From: Candidatus Shapirobacteria bacterium
Lineage (GTDB): Bacteria > Patescibacteriota > Microgenomatia > UBA12405
Length of the DNA: 64,000 nt
Assembly: GCA_028704635.1 (NCBI GenBank)
Contig: JAQWFB010000005.1
Span: forward strand, 26,223 to 90,222
Direction: 5' to 3'
Shown: positions 28,130 through 38,045 of the stretch, in pieces
How positions within the stretch are numbered: the first letter of the stretch is position 1
How the letters are laid out: every line of letters begins with the position of its first letter
Made by a program: the position numbers and the translations under genes
The notes under the pieces: generated by a model
What the model was told of the DNA's origin: nothing
Seen by the model: the letters and a program-made list of their open reading frames with translations, nothing else
The model's database searches: none

Positions 28130-29146
28130 ATGAAGTTTACCCGAACCAAAAAATTGGTATTTTTCAACAATAAAGGTGGTGTCGGAAAAACTACTTTAGC
28201 CTACAATACTGCTGTTAAGCTATCAGAGTTTGGTTATAAAACCGTTTTAATCGATTTGGACCCACAATGTAATTTATCTAAGTTATCACTGGGTAAGTCT
28301 TTTGAAGAAAATTTATTTTCTGTTAATCAAAAAACTATCTTCACTGTTTTAGAAGGAATTATAAAAGGTGGCGCAGATATTGATAAAACTGTTGATTTTG
28401 AATCAATAAGTAAAAATTTATTTATATTACCAGGTAGTTTACTACTATCAGAATATGAAAATTCATTAATATCAGCTTATGGAGATGCTGCCCAAGGAGT
28501 CGAAAGGGGATTCTTTATAACCAGTGCCATTGATAGATTTTTAAGTGAAAAAGGCCTAGAAAACGAAGTTGATATTTATATCATAGACACTTCACCAAAT
28601 TTAAATTTATTAAATAGAATAATATTTTTAGGATCCGACTATTTTATAACACCACTAATGCCAGATGCTTTTTCTGTCCAAGGAATTGAAAATTTAGGAA
28701 CCACTTTTGAAAAATGGAAAGATAATTGGAAAAAAACTGCTAAGGTATTGGCCAGAGATAAACAAATTTCACATGACAAAGTTTTAGATGGAGAAGGATT
28801 ATTTATTGGTTATATTATCAACTCGTATAATCAATATTCTAAAAAACCAATTAAGAGTAATGAAGAATGGATCAAAAAAGTTCCTTCTTTTATTAAAAAA
28901 TATTTATCAGAAAAACATTGTCGAAATGGTTTAGTTGAAAAATCTTGGAAAAACAAACTAGCTTTAATCAAAGATTTTGGACAACTACCTCCTTTAGCCC
29001 AAATCAAAAATAAAGCAATTTTTAATCTAGATCCAATAAAGGATAATTTTGATAATGTAAAAGGAACAAAAGAAAATCTTGAACAGGCTAAAAAAGAATT
29101 CCAACAATTAACAGAAAATATATTGGAAATATTAAATAAATATTAA
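28130..29146 (+). CDS. ParA/MinD-family P-loop ATPase (deviant Walker A KGGVGKTT) with a ~100-aa C-terminal extension
   Basis: ..FFNNKGGVGKTTLAYNTAVKL..VLIDLDPQCNLS.. is a canonical ParA/Soj N-terminus; no parB follows. Confidence 0.7.
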   Translation: MKFTRTKKLVFFNNKGGVGKTTLAYNTAVKLSEFGYKTVLIDLDPQCNLSKLSLGKSFEENLFSVNQKTIFTVLEGIIKGGADIDKTVDFESISKNLFILPGSLLLSEYENSLISAYGDAAQGVERGFFITSAIDRFLSEKGLENEVDIYIIDTSPNLNLLNRIIFLGSDYFITPLMPDAFSVQGIENLGTTFEKWKDNWKKTAKVLARDKQISHDKVLDGEGLFIGYIINSYNQYSKKPIKSNEEWIKKVPSFIKKYLSEKHCRNGLVEKSWKNKLALIKDFGQLPPLAQIKNKAIFNLDPIKDNFDNVKGTKENLEQAKKEFQQLTENILEILNKY

Positions 29147-29147
29147 T

Positions 29148-30263
29148 ATGTTAATTGGTATTGATGGTAATGAAGCCAATATTAAAAATCGTGTCGGTGT
29201 TGGCCAATATGCTTTTAATTTATTGAAAAATATTTATTTAATTGATCAAAAAAATCAATATATTGTTTATTTAAAAAACAAACCATTAGAAGATCTTCCT
29301 AAAAGTAGGGCAAATTGGCATTATAAAGTTTTTGGGCCTCAAAAGCTTTGGACTAAAATTGCTCTCCCAATTCACCTTTTCACTCAAAAAGAAAAATTAG
29401 ACGTTTTTTATTCCCCCAGTCATTATTCGCCCCAATTTTCTCCTTGTCCCACCATTCCAACTATTCACGATCTTGGATATCTTCAATTTCAAAACCAATT
29501 TACCAAAAAAGATCTTTACCAATTAATTAATTGGACTAAACAATCGATTAAAAAAGCAGCTCACATAGTTACTGTTTCTGATTTTTCTAAAACTGAAATT
29601 GAAAAAACTTATCAAATTGATCCACAAAAAATAACCATTGCCTACAACGGTGTTAATGAACCGCTAAAAATTAATGACAAAAAACAAAAAGAAATTTTAA
29701 AATCCTACAACCTACGATCTAAGTCTTACTATTTATACTTGGGTACATTAAAACCAAATAAAAATATCCCTTTTTTAATTCGTGCATTTTCAAAATTTTT
29801 AAAAACAACTGACCAGGAAACTAAACTAGTAATTGCCGGTAAAAAGGGTTGGCTTTTTGATGAAATTTTTTCTACCGTCCAGAAAGAAAGTGTCGAAGAT
29901 AATATTGTTTTTACTGATTTCGTTGATAATTATCAAAAAACTATTCTTTATCAACATGCCAAAGCCCTAATTATGCCCAGTATTTACGAAGGTTTTGGTA
30001 TACCCGTAATCGAAGCCATGAAATTAAATACACCTGTAATTTCCAGTAATATTGATCCTTTAAAAGAAGTTATTCAAAATAACGGTTTTTATTTTGAACC
30101 AACCAATCAAGAAGAATTAGTTCATCAACTTATTAATTTTGAAAGAATTAATCCCAAAGAAATCAAAAAAATAACAGATCAAGCCAAAATCCGCGCCGAT
30201 TTTTTTACCTGGACCAACACTGCCAAATCCGTCATCTCCGTTTTTGAAAAATTTAAAAAATAA
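29148..30263 (+). CDS. Glycosyltransferase family 4
   Basis: C-terminal ..EGFGIPVIEAMKLNTPVISSNIDPLKEV.. motif. Confidence 0.8.
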   Translation: MLIGIDGNEANIKNRVGVGQYAFNLLKNIYLIDQKNQYIVYLKNKPLEDLPKSRANWHYKVFGPQKLWTKIALPIHLFTQKEKLDVFYSPSHYSPQFSPCPTIPTIHDLGYLQFQNQFTKKDLYQLINWTKQSIKKAAHIVTVSDFSKTEIEKTYQIDPQKITIAYNGVNEPLKINDKKQKEILKSYNLRSKSYYLYLGTLKPNKNIPFLIRAFSKFLKTTDQETKLVIAGKKGWLFDEIFSTVQKESVEDNIVFTDFVDNYQKTILYQHAKALIMPSIYEGFGIPVIEAMKLNTPVISSNIDPLKEVIQNNGFYFEPTNQEELVHQLINFERINPKEIKKITDQAKIRADFFTWTNTAKSVISVFEKFKK

Positions 30264-30293
30264 TTTTTACCTTTGATTTGCTAAACTAAACAT

Positions 30294-30887
30294 ATGAAAG
30301 ACCGTACCGGTAAGAATCTAGATTCTCAAGAAATTTTTCAAAAAATTATTAATCGTATTAAAACCATTTGTCTTGAATTTTGGCTCATGGTTCTTCGATT
30401 TGTCGGTTTTATCCCCATCCATACCATCAGAAAAATTTTCTACATCGCCTCTGGAATAAATATGCCATTAAATTCCACTATTCATATCGGTGCTAATTTT
30501 TTTAATCCTTCAAATATTAAAATCGGTCACGATACTATAATTGGTGACCATTGTTTTCTTGATGGTCGTGCTAAATTAACCATCGGCAATCACGTTGGCA
30601 TTGCCAGTCAAGTTTTGATTTATAATGATGAACATAATATTCATTCCAATAATTACGAAAATTCTTTTGGTCCAGTCGAAATTGAAGATTATGTTTTCAT
30701 CGGTCCTCGCGCCATAATTTTACCCGATATTAAAATTGGCAAAGGCGCTGTTATTGCCGCTGGAGCCGTCGTTACCAAAGATATTCCTGATTTTGAAATT
30801 TGGGCCGGTGTTCCAGCCAAAAAAATAGGTGACAGAAAAAATCAAAAACCAAATTATAAACTTGGTCGTCCTATGTTATTCCAATAA
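30294..30887 (+). CDS. Hexapeptide-repeat O-acetyltransferase (WcaF/Mac/LacA-like)
   Basis: Hexapeptide beta-helix repeats, C-terminal ..VVTKDIPDFEIWAGVPAKKIG.. Confidence 0.75.
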   Translation: MKDRTGKNLDSQEIFQKIINRIKTICLEFWLMVLRFVGFIPIHTIRKIFYIASGINMPLNSTIHIGANFFNPSNIKIGHDTIIGDHCFLDGRAKLTIGNHVGIASQVLIYNDEHNIHSNNYENSFGPVEIEDYVFIGPRAIILPDIKIGKGAVIAAGAVVTKDIPDFEIWAGVPAKKIGDRKNQKPNYKLGRPMLFQ

Positions 30888-30888
30888 T

Positions 30889-31434
30889 ATGATTAAAAAA
30901 ATATTGGTTGTATTATTTTGTATTTTTAATATTTTTGCCATTGTTTATTTAATTAGTCCAACTCCAACTCTTCCCGATTTGGTAAACAGTGTTAAGTCTG
31001 ATGAACCTGGTGACACTGTTCAATTAAAAAATGTCTCAGCCTACTACACCAACATGACTCGAACTGAAGTTATGAATTTTTATAAAGCTTATTACAGCGG
31101 ACCGTTTAGAATTATTCTTAATCACCCACCCGAAAAATCAAAAGAAATAATCAAAGATACTATTCAAAGTTATTATTTCGAAGAATTTATTTTACCTTTC
31201 AAAGAATCCATTTTTATCAATGGGTTTGAATGGGAAAATGATGTTTTTACTAAACCCGAAAAAAGAGTCAAAAATAAATTAATTTTCAAGGACAAAGAAT
31301 ACAAAGCCAAAATTACCATAAAAACCATCCCAACTTCCACCCCAAAACGCATCACCGCCTTTTTATTTACTGAAGCCGCTGTAATTTTAACTCTCCTTAC
31401 TTATAAATCTTTTTTAAAAAAGAAACATGATTAA
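30889..31434 (+). CDS. Hypothetical membrane-anchored protein (start revised to the ATG at 30889, MIKKILVV..)
   Basis: ORF-track start at 30829 overlaps the upstream gene; the ATG right after the upstream stop gives an N-terminal TM segment. Confidence 0.45.
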   Translation: MIKKILVVLFCIFNIFAIVYLISPTPTLPDLVNSVKSDEPGDTVQLKNVSAYYTNMTRTEVMNFYKAYYSGPFRIILNHPPEKSKEIIKDTIQSYYFEEFILPFKESIFINGFEWENDVFTKPEKRVKNKLIFKDKEYKAKITIKTIPTSTPKRITAFLFTEAAVILTLLTYKSFLKKKHD

Positions 31435-32353
31435 TCCTGTTCTTTCGATAATTATTATTTCCTACAACACCAGCGAAATAACCATTAATTGTCTTAAGTC
31501 AATTTTCCAAGACAAAGGTCTTAAAGAAATTCCCTTTGAAATTATTATTGTCGACAACAACTCTAAGGATGATTCGGTTGCTCAGATAAAAAAATTCAAA
31601 GAAATAAAATTAATCGCCAATAAATTTAATGGGGGATTTGGTAAAGCAAACAATCAAGGCTTAAAAATTGCCAAAGGTAATTATATTTTATTTCTAAATT
31701 CCGACACTATTATTCTCCATTCCGCCATCAGCCAAACCTTAAATTGGCTTTGCTCCCATCCTGAGGCTTCGGTTTGCACTGCTCAGTTATTAAACAAAGA
31801 TAAAACCATTCAAGCCTCTGGTGGTTTTTTCCCAAATTTAATAAATATTAAAACCTGGTGTTTAAATTTAGACGATCTCCCTTTTGTTAACAAAATTATT
31901 AAACCTCTTCATCCTCACACACCCAATTTTTACACTCACGACAAATTTTATTTAAAAGATCACCAACAAGATTGGGTTACCGGCGCTTTTATGATGGTTC
32001 GATCATCTCATTTAAAACCAACCCATGGTTTTGACGAAAATTATTTTATGTACGGCGAAGAAGTTGAACTTTCTTATCGTATCAAAAAAAATAATCCTCA
32101 ATCTCAAACTTGGTACTTAATTGGCCCTCAAATTATTCATCTCGGTGGTGCTTCAGCCCAAAACAAAATCGATCCCATTATTAATGAATATCGCGGCATT
32201 CTCGCTTTTTTTAAAAAACACAAAAGCCAATGGCAGTACCAAATAGTCAAATATTTAATTAAATTTAATGCCGTCAGTCGTGGTGTTATATACTCTATTA
32301 GAGGTAATAAAAATACTGCCTCACTTTATTTTCAAACATGTTCAAAAATCTAA
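31427..32353 (+). CDS. Glycosyltransferase family 2
   Basis: N-terminal LSIIIISYNTSEITINCLKSI.. and ..IIIVDNNSKDDS.. Confidence 0.8.
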   Translation: MINPVLSIIIISYNTSEITINCLKSIFQDKGLKEIPFEIIIVDNNSKDDSVAQIKKFKEIKLIANKFNGGFGKANNQGLKIAKGNYILFLNSDTIILHSAISQTLNWLCSHPEASVCTAQLLNKDKTIQASGGFFPNLINIKTWCLNLDDLPFVNKIIKPLHPHTPNFYTHDKFYLKDHQQDWVTGAFMMVRSSHLKPTHGFDENYFMYGEEVELSYRIKKNNPQSQTWYLIGPQIIHLGGASAQNKIDPIINEYRGILAFFKKHKSQWQYQIVKYLIKFNAVSRGVIYSIRGNKNTASLYFQTCSKI

Positions 32354-33741
32354 ATATTTTTCGACCAATAATCGCCATTCTTATCTTGTTTATTCCTCTG
32401 TATCCTAAATTTCCTTTAACTAGTGTCGATGGCACCTATGTTGCCATCCGTCTCGACGATGTAGTTATAGCCCTTACTATTTTAATTTGGGCAATTTACC
32501 AACTCACTCACAAACTTCCTGTTTTTAAAATAAAAATAACCAAATTATTTTTAGCCTATTTTACGGCTATTATTGCCAGTTTCATTACCGCTTTTCTTGT
32601 TTATCAAACCGACTCAACAACACTTTTGCTTCTTCATCTAGCCCGCCGCTTTGAATATATTTCTTTATTTTTTATAGCTATCGATAGTATTAAATCGAAA
32701 CAAGATTTAAATTTTAGCTACATTTTTCTTTTAATCACTACTTTTTTTGTCAGCATTTATGGTTACGGTCAAAAATATTTTCAATTCCCAGTAATTTCCA
32801 CTATGAATTCTGAATTTTCCAAAGGTCAATTACTTCAAATGAGTACATGGACACGTATCAATTCTACTTTTGCCGGTCATTATGATCTAGCCGCTTTTTT
32901 AAGTGTCGTTTTAATAATTATCGCTGCAGTTTTTATTCTCAATAAAAATAAATGGATTAAATTATTCAGCTTGGTTGTTTGGGTTGCCTCATATCCAATT
33001 CTTACATTCACTGCATCCAGAGTTTCCATTTTTGCCTTTCTTGCAGGAATTTGTTTCACTCTTTTTGCTCTAAGAAAATATTTTTGGATTATTCCTTTTG
33101 TTATTTTAGTTGCTTTCAGTATTTTTAATTCAGAAGATCTAAATCAAAGATTATTAGCCACTATTCCTGCTTTAAAAAATCAAATAAATAAAACCACTAC
33201 TGCCACAATAACTCCCACTGCTACTCCAACTTCAATTCCAGTCATCGCCGTTACCACTCCGATACCAACTTCTACAAAATTATTACCAACTCCAACTGTC
33301 GTTCGTCATCCTACCACTGAAACTTACCCTACTGTTGATGTTGATGCTGGCGTCGCTCGATCCGGTGAAATTCGTTTTAATGTTGAATGGCCACGAGCCA
33401 TCAGGGCATTTAATAAAAATATGATTACTGGCACTGGTCTTGGCTCCATCACTCTTGCCACCGATAATGATTATCTCCGATTATTAGGCGAAAGTGGACT
33501 TTTAGGATTTATTTCCTTTATGATCATTCCTTTGTATTTCATAATAAAGACTGTTCCTAAAATATTTAAAAAGAAATCTACGATCTACGACCAAATATCC
33601 ATCATCTTTCTTGGCTGTCTTTTAACTACCCTAGCCAATGCTGTTTTTATCGATGTTTTTGAAGCTTCAAAAACTGCTTATCTTTTTTGGATTATGATGG
33701 GTTTTTATTATCAATTGCTAAATTTCAAAGATGAAAAATAA
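32338..33741 (+). CDS. O-antigen ligase/polymerase-like (Wzy_C-type) polytopic membrane protein with a Thr/Pro-rich insertion
   Basis: About 10 TM segments; large periplasmic-loop region; TP-rich low-complexity stretch ..TTTATITPTATPTSIPVIAVTTPIPTST.. Confidence 0.5.
   Translation: MFKNLNIFRPIIAILILFIPLYPKFPLTSVDGTYVAIRLDDVVIALTILIWAIYQLTHKLPVFKIKITKLFLAYFTAIIASFITAFLVYQTDSTTLLLLHLARRFEYISLFFIAIDSIKSKQDLNFSYIFLLITTFFVSIYGYGQKYFQFPVISTMNSEFSKGQLLQMSTWTRINSTFAGHYDLAAFLSVVLIIIAAVFILNKNKWIKLFSLVVWVASYPILTFTASRVSIFAFLAGICFTLFALRKYFWIIPFVILVAFSIFNSEDLNQRLLATIPALKNQINKTTTATITPTATPTSIPVIAVTTPIPTSTKLLPTPTVVRHPTTETYPTVDVDAGVARSGEIRFNVEWPRAIRAFNKNMITGTGLGSITLATDNDYLRLLGESGLLGFISFMIIPLYFIIKTVPKIFKKKSTIYDQISIIFLGCLLTTLANAVFIDVFEASKTAYLFWIMMGFYYQLLNFKDEK
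33578..33591. repeat. CTACGAT-CTACGAC heptamer pair with AAAT flank inside ligase-like ORF
   Basis: Shares AAATCTACGA..CTACGACC with the copies at 24991 and 26456. Confidence 0.65.
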
Positions 33742-34942
33742 AAGAAATATTTTAATGATCACCCCTTATATTCCACGTCTTTCCCAATCAGGTGGTCAAA
33801 ACAGTTCCTTTTATTCCATAAAATATCTTTCTCCCGACAATAATATTACCCTAATTTGTCTTAGCCCAGACGAAGAGGGACTAGAAGATATTAAACAATT
33901 TTGTTCTAAAGTCATTGTTGTTAAGCGTGGTAAAACTTGGGATCCAAAAAAAGTTCTCATGACTGGATTTAGTCCATATCCTTTTTTAGTCATGAAACAC
34001 ATTAATAAAAAATTTCGTGAAGCTATTCAAAATGAATTAGATAATAATTCTTTTGATCTTATCCATTGTGACTGTTTTTATCCAATGCCTAATATTCCTA
34101 AAACCAAAATTCCAATTGTTTTGGTTGATCTTACAGTTGAATATGAAGTCTATAAACATTATGTCGAAACCATAACCGGCTGGAAAAAATTATTAAAACC
34201 TCTTCTTTGGGTTGATGTTTATAAATTAAAATACTGGGAAACTTATTACTGGAAAAACACTCACACTGTCGTTGCTTTTGCCGAAGAAGATCAACAATTA
34301 ATTTCAAAAATTACTGGACGCAATGACATTAAACTTTTTCAAAATGGTGTTGATAATAAATTCTTTGAATCAAAACCAAAAACTGAAAAAAGTAAATTTC
34401 CCTCTATTCTTTTTGGTGTCTCAAATATGAAATGGATGCAAAACCGCGAATCTGTCGAAATGATTATAAAAGATTCATGGCCAGCAATTAAAAAGGCAAT
34501 ACCAGAATGTAAATTCTATATCATTGGTCGTCACGCCCCAGATTACTACTCTCACTATCGAAGTAAAGACATTATTATCGAAGAAGCTGATTTTGATGGC
34601 CAACCACATGATCCTATGTTTTATTATCAATATTGTTGGACTCTGGTCGCACCCATGGGTAGTGGTGGTGGCACTCGCAATAAGTTTCTTGAAGCCATGG
34701 CTTGTCGTCTTCCTATTGTTACTACTCCAGAAGGTATGGGCGGAATTAAAATTGAAAATTTTAAACAATCCATTATTTGCAACTACGACCAAATCGCTAA
34801 AAATACTATTGAGTTATTAAATGATAATAAAAGAAGAACTCTAATGGGCGAGGAAGCCAATAAACTCATTCGCAGTAAATATTCCTATCAAAGCAGTGTC
34901 AATGGTCTTAATCAAATTTATAAAGAAATTACTAAAAAATAA
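33731..34942 (+). CDS. Glycosyltransferase family 4
   Basis: C-terminal ..EAMACRLPIVTTPEGMGGI.. motif. Confidence 0.8.
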   Translation: MKNKRNILMITPYIPRLSQSGGQNSSFYSIKYLSPDNNITLICLSPDEEGLEDIKQFCSKVIVVKRGKTWDPKKVLMTGFSPYPFLVMKHINKKFREAIQNELDNNSFDLIHCDCFYPMPNIPKTKIPIVLVDLTVEYEVYKHYVETITGWKKLLKPLLWVDVYKLKYWETYYWKNTHTVVAFAEEDQQLISKITGRNDIKLFQNGVDNKFFESKPKTEKSKFPSILFGVSNMKWMQNRESVEMIIKDSWPAIKKAIPECKFYIIGRHAPDYYSHYRSKDIIIEEADFDGQPHDPMFYYQYCWTLVAPMGSGGGTRNKFLEAMACRLPIVTTPEGMGGIKIENFKQSIICNYDQIAKNTIELLNDNKRRTLMGEEANKLIRSKYSYQSSVNGLNQIYKEITKK

Positions 34943-35854
34943 ATGGATTTATCAGTCATCATTTTAAATTATAATTCTGCCGATTATTTAAAAAAATGTC
35001 TCGAAAGTATTTCAAAATCAGATATTGGCAATTACAAATATGAAGTAATTATCGTCGATAATAATTCTTCCGACGACAGTATAAAATTAGCCAAAACCGT
35101 TAAATCCTCAAATTTCAAATTTCTCGAACTTAATAATAATAGAGGATTCGCCCATGGTAATAATCAGGGATTAAAAGAGATCGATTCTAAAACTAGATTT
35201 GTTCTCTTTTTAAATCCAGACACTATTGTTCAAAAAGACACCTTCAAAAAAATGATCGAGTTTTTTGATCAAAACAAAAATATTGATGCTGCCACCTGTC
35301 AAATTAACCTTGCTCTCACTGGCAAAATGCAACCAGAATGTCATCGCGGTTTTCCAACTCCTTGGAATTCTCTATGTTACTTCACTGGTTTATCAAAATT
35401 ATTTCCCCATTCAAAAACATTCTCTGGGTACTTTATGGGGAATTTAGATAAAACTATTCCACATAAAATCGATGCTTGTGTTGGTGCTTTTTTAATGGTC
35501 AAAAAAGAAGTCGGCGACAAAATTAAATGGTGGAATGAAAAATATTTTTTCTATGGTGAAGATCTTGATTTTTGTTATCAATTAAAACAAAATAATTTTA
35601 ATTTATATTTTAATCCAAATTGTAAAATAACCCATTTTCAGGGAGTTTCTTCTGGTTTAATTAACAAAAGCAAACATCTTTCTAAAGCCTCACGACAAAC
35701 TAAAATAATGACAGCTAAAGCTAGTACTCAAGCCATGAGAATTTTTTATCAAGAGAATTTATTTTCCCATTATTCAGCTTTAACCAAATTTTTAGTCATG
35801 TCTGGTATTAAGTTACTAGAACTCAAAAGAGTTTTCAAAGCCAAATATTTATGA
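34943..35854 (+). CDS. Glycosyltransferase family 2
   Basis: N-terminal LSVIILNYNSADYLKKCLESI.. and ..IIVDNNSSDDS.. Confidence 0.8.
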   Translation: MDLSVIILNYNSADYLKKCLESISKSDIGNYKYEVIIVDNNSSDDSIKLAKTVKSSNFKFLELNNNRGFAHGNNQGLKEIDSKTRFVLFLNPDTIVQKDTFKKMIEFFDQNKNIDAATCQINLALTGKMQPECHRGFPTPWNSLCYFTGLSKLFPHSKTFSGYFMGNLDKTIPHKIDACVGAFLMVKKEVGDKIKWWNEKYFFYGEDLDFCYQLKQNNFNLYFNPNCKITHFQGVSSGLINKSKHLSKASRQTKIMTAKASTQAMRIFYQENLFSHYSALTKFLVMSGIKLLELKRVFKAKYL

Positions 35855-36963
35855 AAAAACATATTGTTGTCGATGCCCGTCTCTACGGATCAAAACACAC
35901 TGGTATTGGCCGTTACACTAAAAATCTTCTCAAAGCTTTAACAGAACTATCTGATTTTAAAAAATACAAATTCACTTTAATTATTTATAAAAATCTAGAA
36001 GATAAAATTAAAAAAGATTTAGACGACAATTTTAATTATGTCACCACCAATATTAACCATTATTCCCTAAAAGAACAACTTTTTTTACCATTTTTAATTT
36101 ACAAATTAAAACCAGATCTAGTTCATTTCACTCATTTCAATAAACCAATTCTTTATTTTAAAAAATCAGTTGTCACTATCCATGATTTAATCAAACACTT
36201 TTCTAAAGGCAAAGACACCACCACTAAAAACCAATTTTTATATCAAATAAAATATTTTTTTTATTTGATACTAACTCGAATCATTATTATTAAAAACCAA
36301 ATAATTGTTCCTAGTAATTATTGGCGTGATTTTTTAATTAAAAAATACTATTTAAAAAATTCTAGTGTTATTACTACTCATGAAGCCGTCGATCCAACTT
36401 TTTTAATCAACACTAAAAACGAAACCGTTGTCAAAAACCCCCAAAATTATTTGGTTTATACCGGTAATCTTTATCCTCATAAAAATATCATTATTGTTTT
36501 AAAAGCTCTTCAAAAATTACCCGAAATCAAATTAAAAATTATTTGTGCTCGTGATTTTTTTAGCGAAAAATTATCAAAACAAATTAATCATCTTCATTTA
36601 AAAAAACAAGTTGAATTCCTTGGTTATCTTGACGATCAAAAATTTAAAGACGTTTATAAAAATGCTTTAGCCCTGGTTCATCCATCTTTAATGGAAGGTT
36701 TCAGTCTTACTGGCCTTGAAGCCATGGCTCTAAATTGCCCTGTTATTTCCTCAAATTCCAGTTGTCTTCCCGAAATTTATGGTGATTCCGTTCTTTACTT
36801 CGACCCAAATAATTCCGATGAATTAGTCCAAAAAATTAATCAATTAAAAAATAATTTAGAATTACGACAGAAATTAATCAATCTCGGACATCAACAAATC
36901 AAAAAATATTCTTGGAATAAAACCGCCAAAGAAACAATGGCCGTTTATGAAAAATTATTATGA
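35851..36963 (+). CDS. Glycosyltransferase family 4
   Basis: C-terminal ..EGFSLTGLEAMALNCPVISSNSSCLPEI.. Confidence 0.8.
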   Translation: MKKHIVVDARLYGSKHTGIGRYTKNLLKALTELSDFKKYKFTLIIYKNLEDKIKKDLDDNFNYVTTNINHYSLKEQLFLPFLIYKLKPDLVHFTHFNKPILYFKKSVVTIHDLIKHFSKGKDTTTKNQFLYQIKYFFYLILTRIIIIKNQIIVPSNYWRDFLIKKYYLKNSSVITTHEAVDPTFLINTKNETVVKNPQNYLVYTGNLYPHKNIIIVLKALQKLPEIKLKIICARDFFSEKLSKQINHLHLKKQVEFLGYLDDQKFKDVYKNALALVHPSLMEGFSLTGLEAMALNCPVISSNSSCLPEIYGDSVLYFDPNNSDELVQKINQLKNNLELRQKLINLGHQQIKKYSWNKTAKETMAVYEKLL

Positions 36964-38045
36964 CCAAGCCAAAAATTGCCTTGTTTTACGATTGGCTAAA
37001 TCAATGGGGTGGAGCCGAAAAAGTTTTACTTGACTTAATAAAACTTTATCCTGAAGCTCCAATTTATACCCTTGTTCACGATCCAAAAAAAACTAACTGG
37101 CTTCCAAAAAACACCAAATTTATTACCTCATTCATAAACAAACTTCCATTTTCCAAAAACAATCCAATTTTTTACACTCCATTCTATTCAATTGCTCTCG
37201 AACAATTTGATTTTTCTGATTTTGATATTGTCATTTCGACTACATCTACTATCGGCCATTGTCTCCTAACACCACCAAAAACAGTTTTTGTTTGTTATTT
37301 TCACAATACTAATCGTCACATTTACCAAAAAAAATATACTTGGCCAATTTCTTTAATAATCTCCAATTATAAAAAAATTGATCAAATCTATTCAAAAAGA
37401 CCAGATTTTTTGTTCTGTAATTCCCAAACAGTCCAACAAAGAATTAAAAATACTTATAAAAGAGACGCAAAAATAATTTACCCCGGTGTCGACACTTCCT
37501 TTTTTATTCCTTCAAAAACAAATCCCACCGAAAAATATTTTTTAATTGTCTCTCGTCTGGTTTCTCATAAAAGAATCGACTTAGCCATTAAAGCCTGCCA
37601 TCAGTTAGATCAAAAATTATACATTGTCGGCACCGGCCGCGACAAAAATAAATTAATTAATCTAATAGAGTCCTTGAATGATTCAAATATAAAATTATTA
37701 GGAAAAGTCGATAATAATAAATTATTAAATCTTTACCAAAATTGTCAGGCTCTAATTTGTCCCCAATTAGAAGATTTTGGTCTAACTCCACTCGAAGCTC
37801 AAGCCTGTGGTAAACCAGTTATTGCCTACAATAAAGGAGGATTAACAGAAACAATTATCAATAATAAAACTGGAATTTTCTTTAAATATCAAACTGTAAA
37901 AAGTCTTATTCTTGCCATCAATAAATTTAATCCAAATAATTTTTCAAAAGATGTCTGTCAAAAAAATGCCCAGAATTTTTCAAATATTAAATTTATGTTA
38001 AACTTTAAAAAGGAAATTGACCTTTTATGGCAGAATCATCAATAA
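36960..38045 (+). CDS. Glycosyltransferase family 4
   Basis: C-terminal ..EDFGLTPLEAQACGKPVIAYNKGGLTE.. Confidence 0.75.
   Translation: MTKPKIALFYDWLNQWGGAEKVLLDLIKLYPEAPIYTLVHDPKKTNWLPKNTKFITSFINKLPFSKNNPIFYTPFYSIALEQFDFSDFDIVISTTSTIGHCLLTPPKTVFVCYFHNTNRHIYQKKYTWPISLIISNYKKIDQIYSKRPDFLFCNSQTVQQRIKNTYKRDAKIIYPGVDTSFFIPSKTNPTEKYFLIVSRLVSHKRIDLAIKACHQLDQKLYIVGTGRDKNKLINLIESLNDSNIKLLGKVDNNKLLNLYQNCQALICPQLEDFGLTPLEAQACGKPVIAYNKGGLTETIINNKTGIFFKYQTVKSLILAINKFNPNNFSKDVCQKNAQNFSNIKFMLNFKKEIDLLWQNHQ

Noticed and set aside
28130-29146. ParA-like gene as evidence of a plasmid or integrated-element partition locus
   Set aside because: No adjacent parB, no centromere-like iterons, no replication or integrase genes. 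The flanks are co-directional glycosyltransferase genes.
24991-33591. Diversity-generating retroelement (TR/VR) explanation for the repeated CTACGAC-containing segments
   Set aside because: The shared segments are only ~20-30 nt, show no adenine-specific mismatches, and no reverse transcriptase gene is in the window.
38027-38045. 19-nt overlap of manC start with the preceding GT4 and several other 4-20 nt gene overlaps
   Set aside because: These are ordinary translational coupling in a compact operon, not a frameshift or fusion signal.
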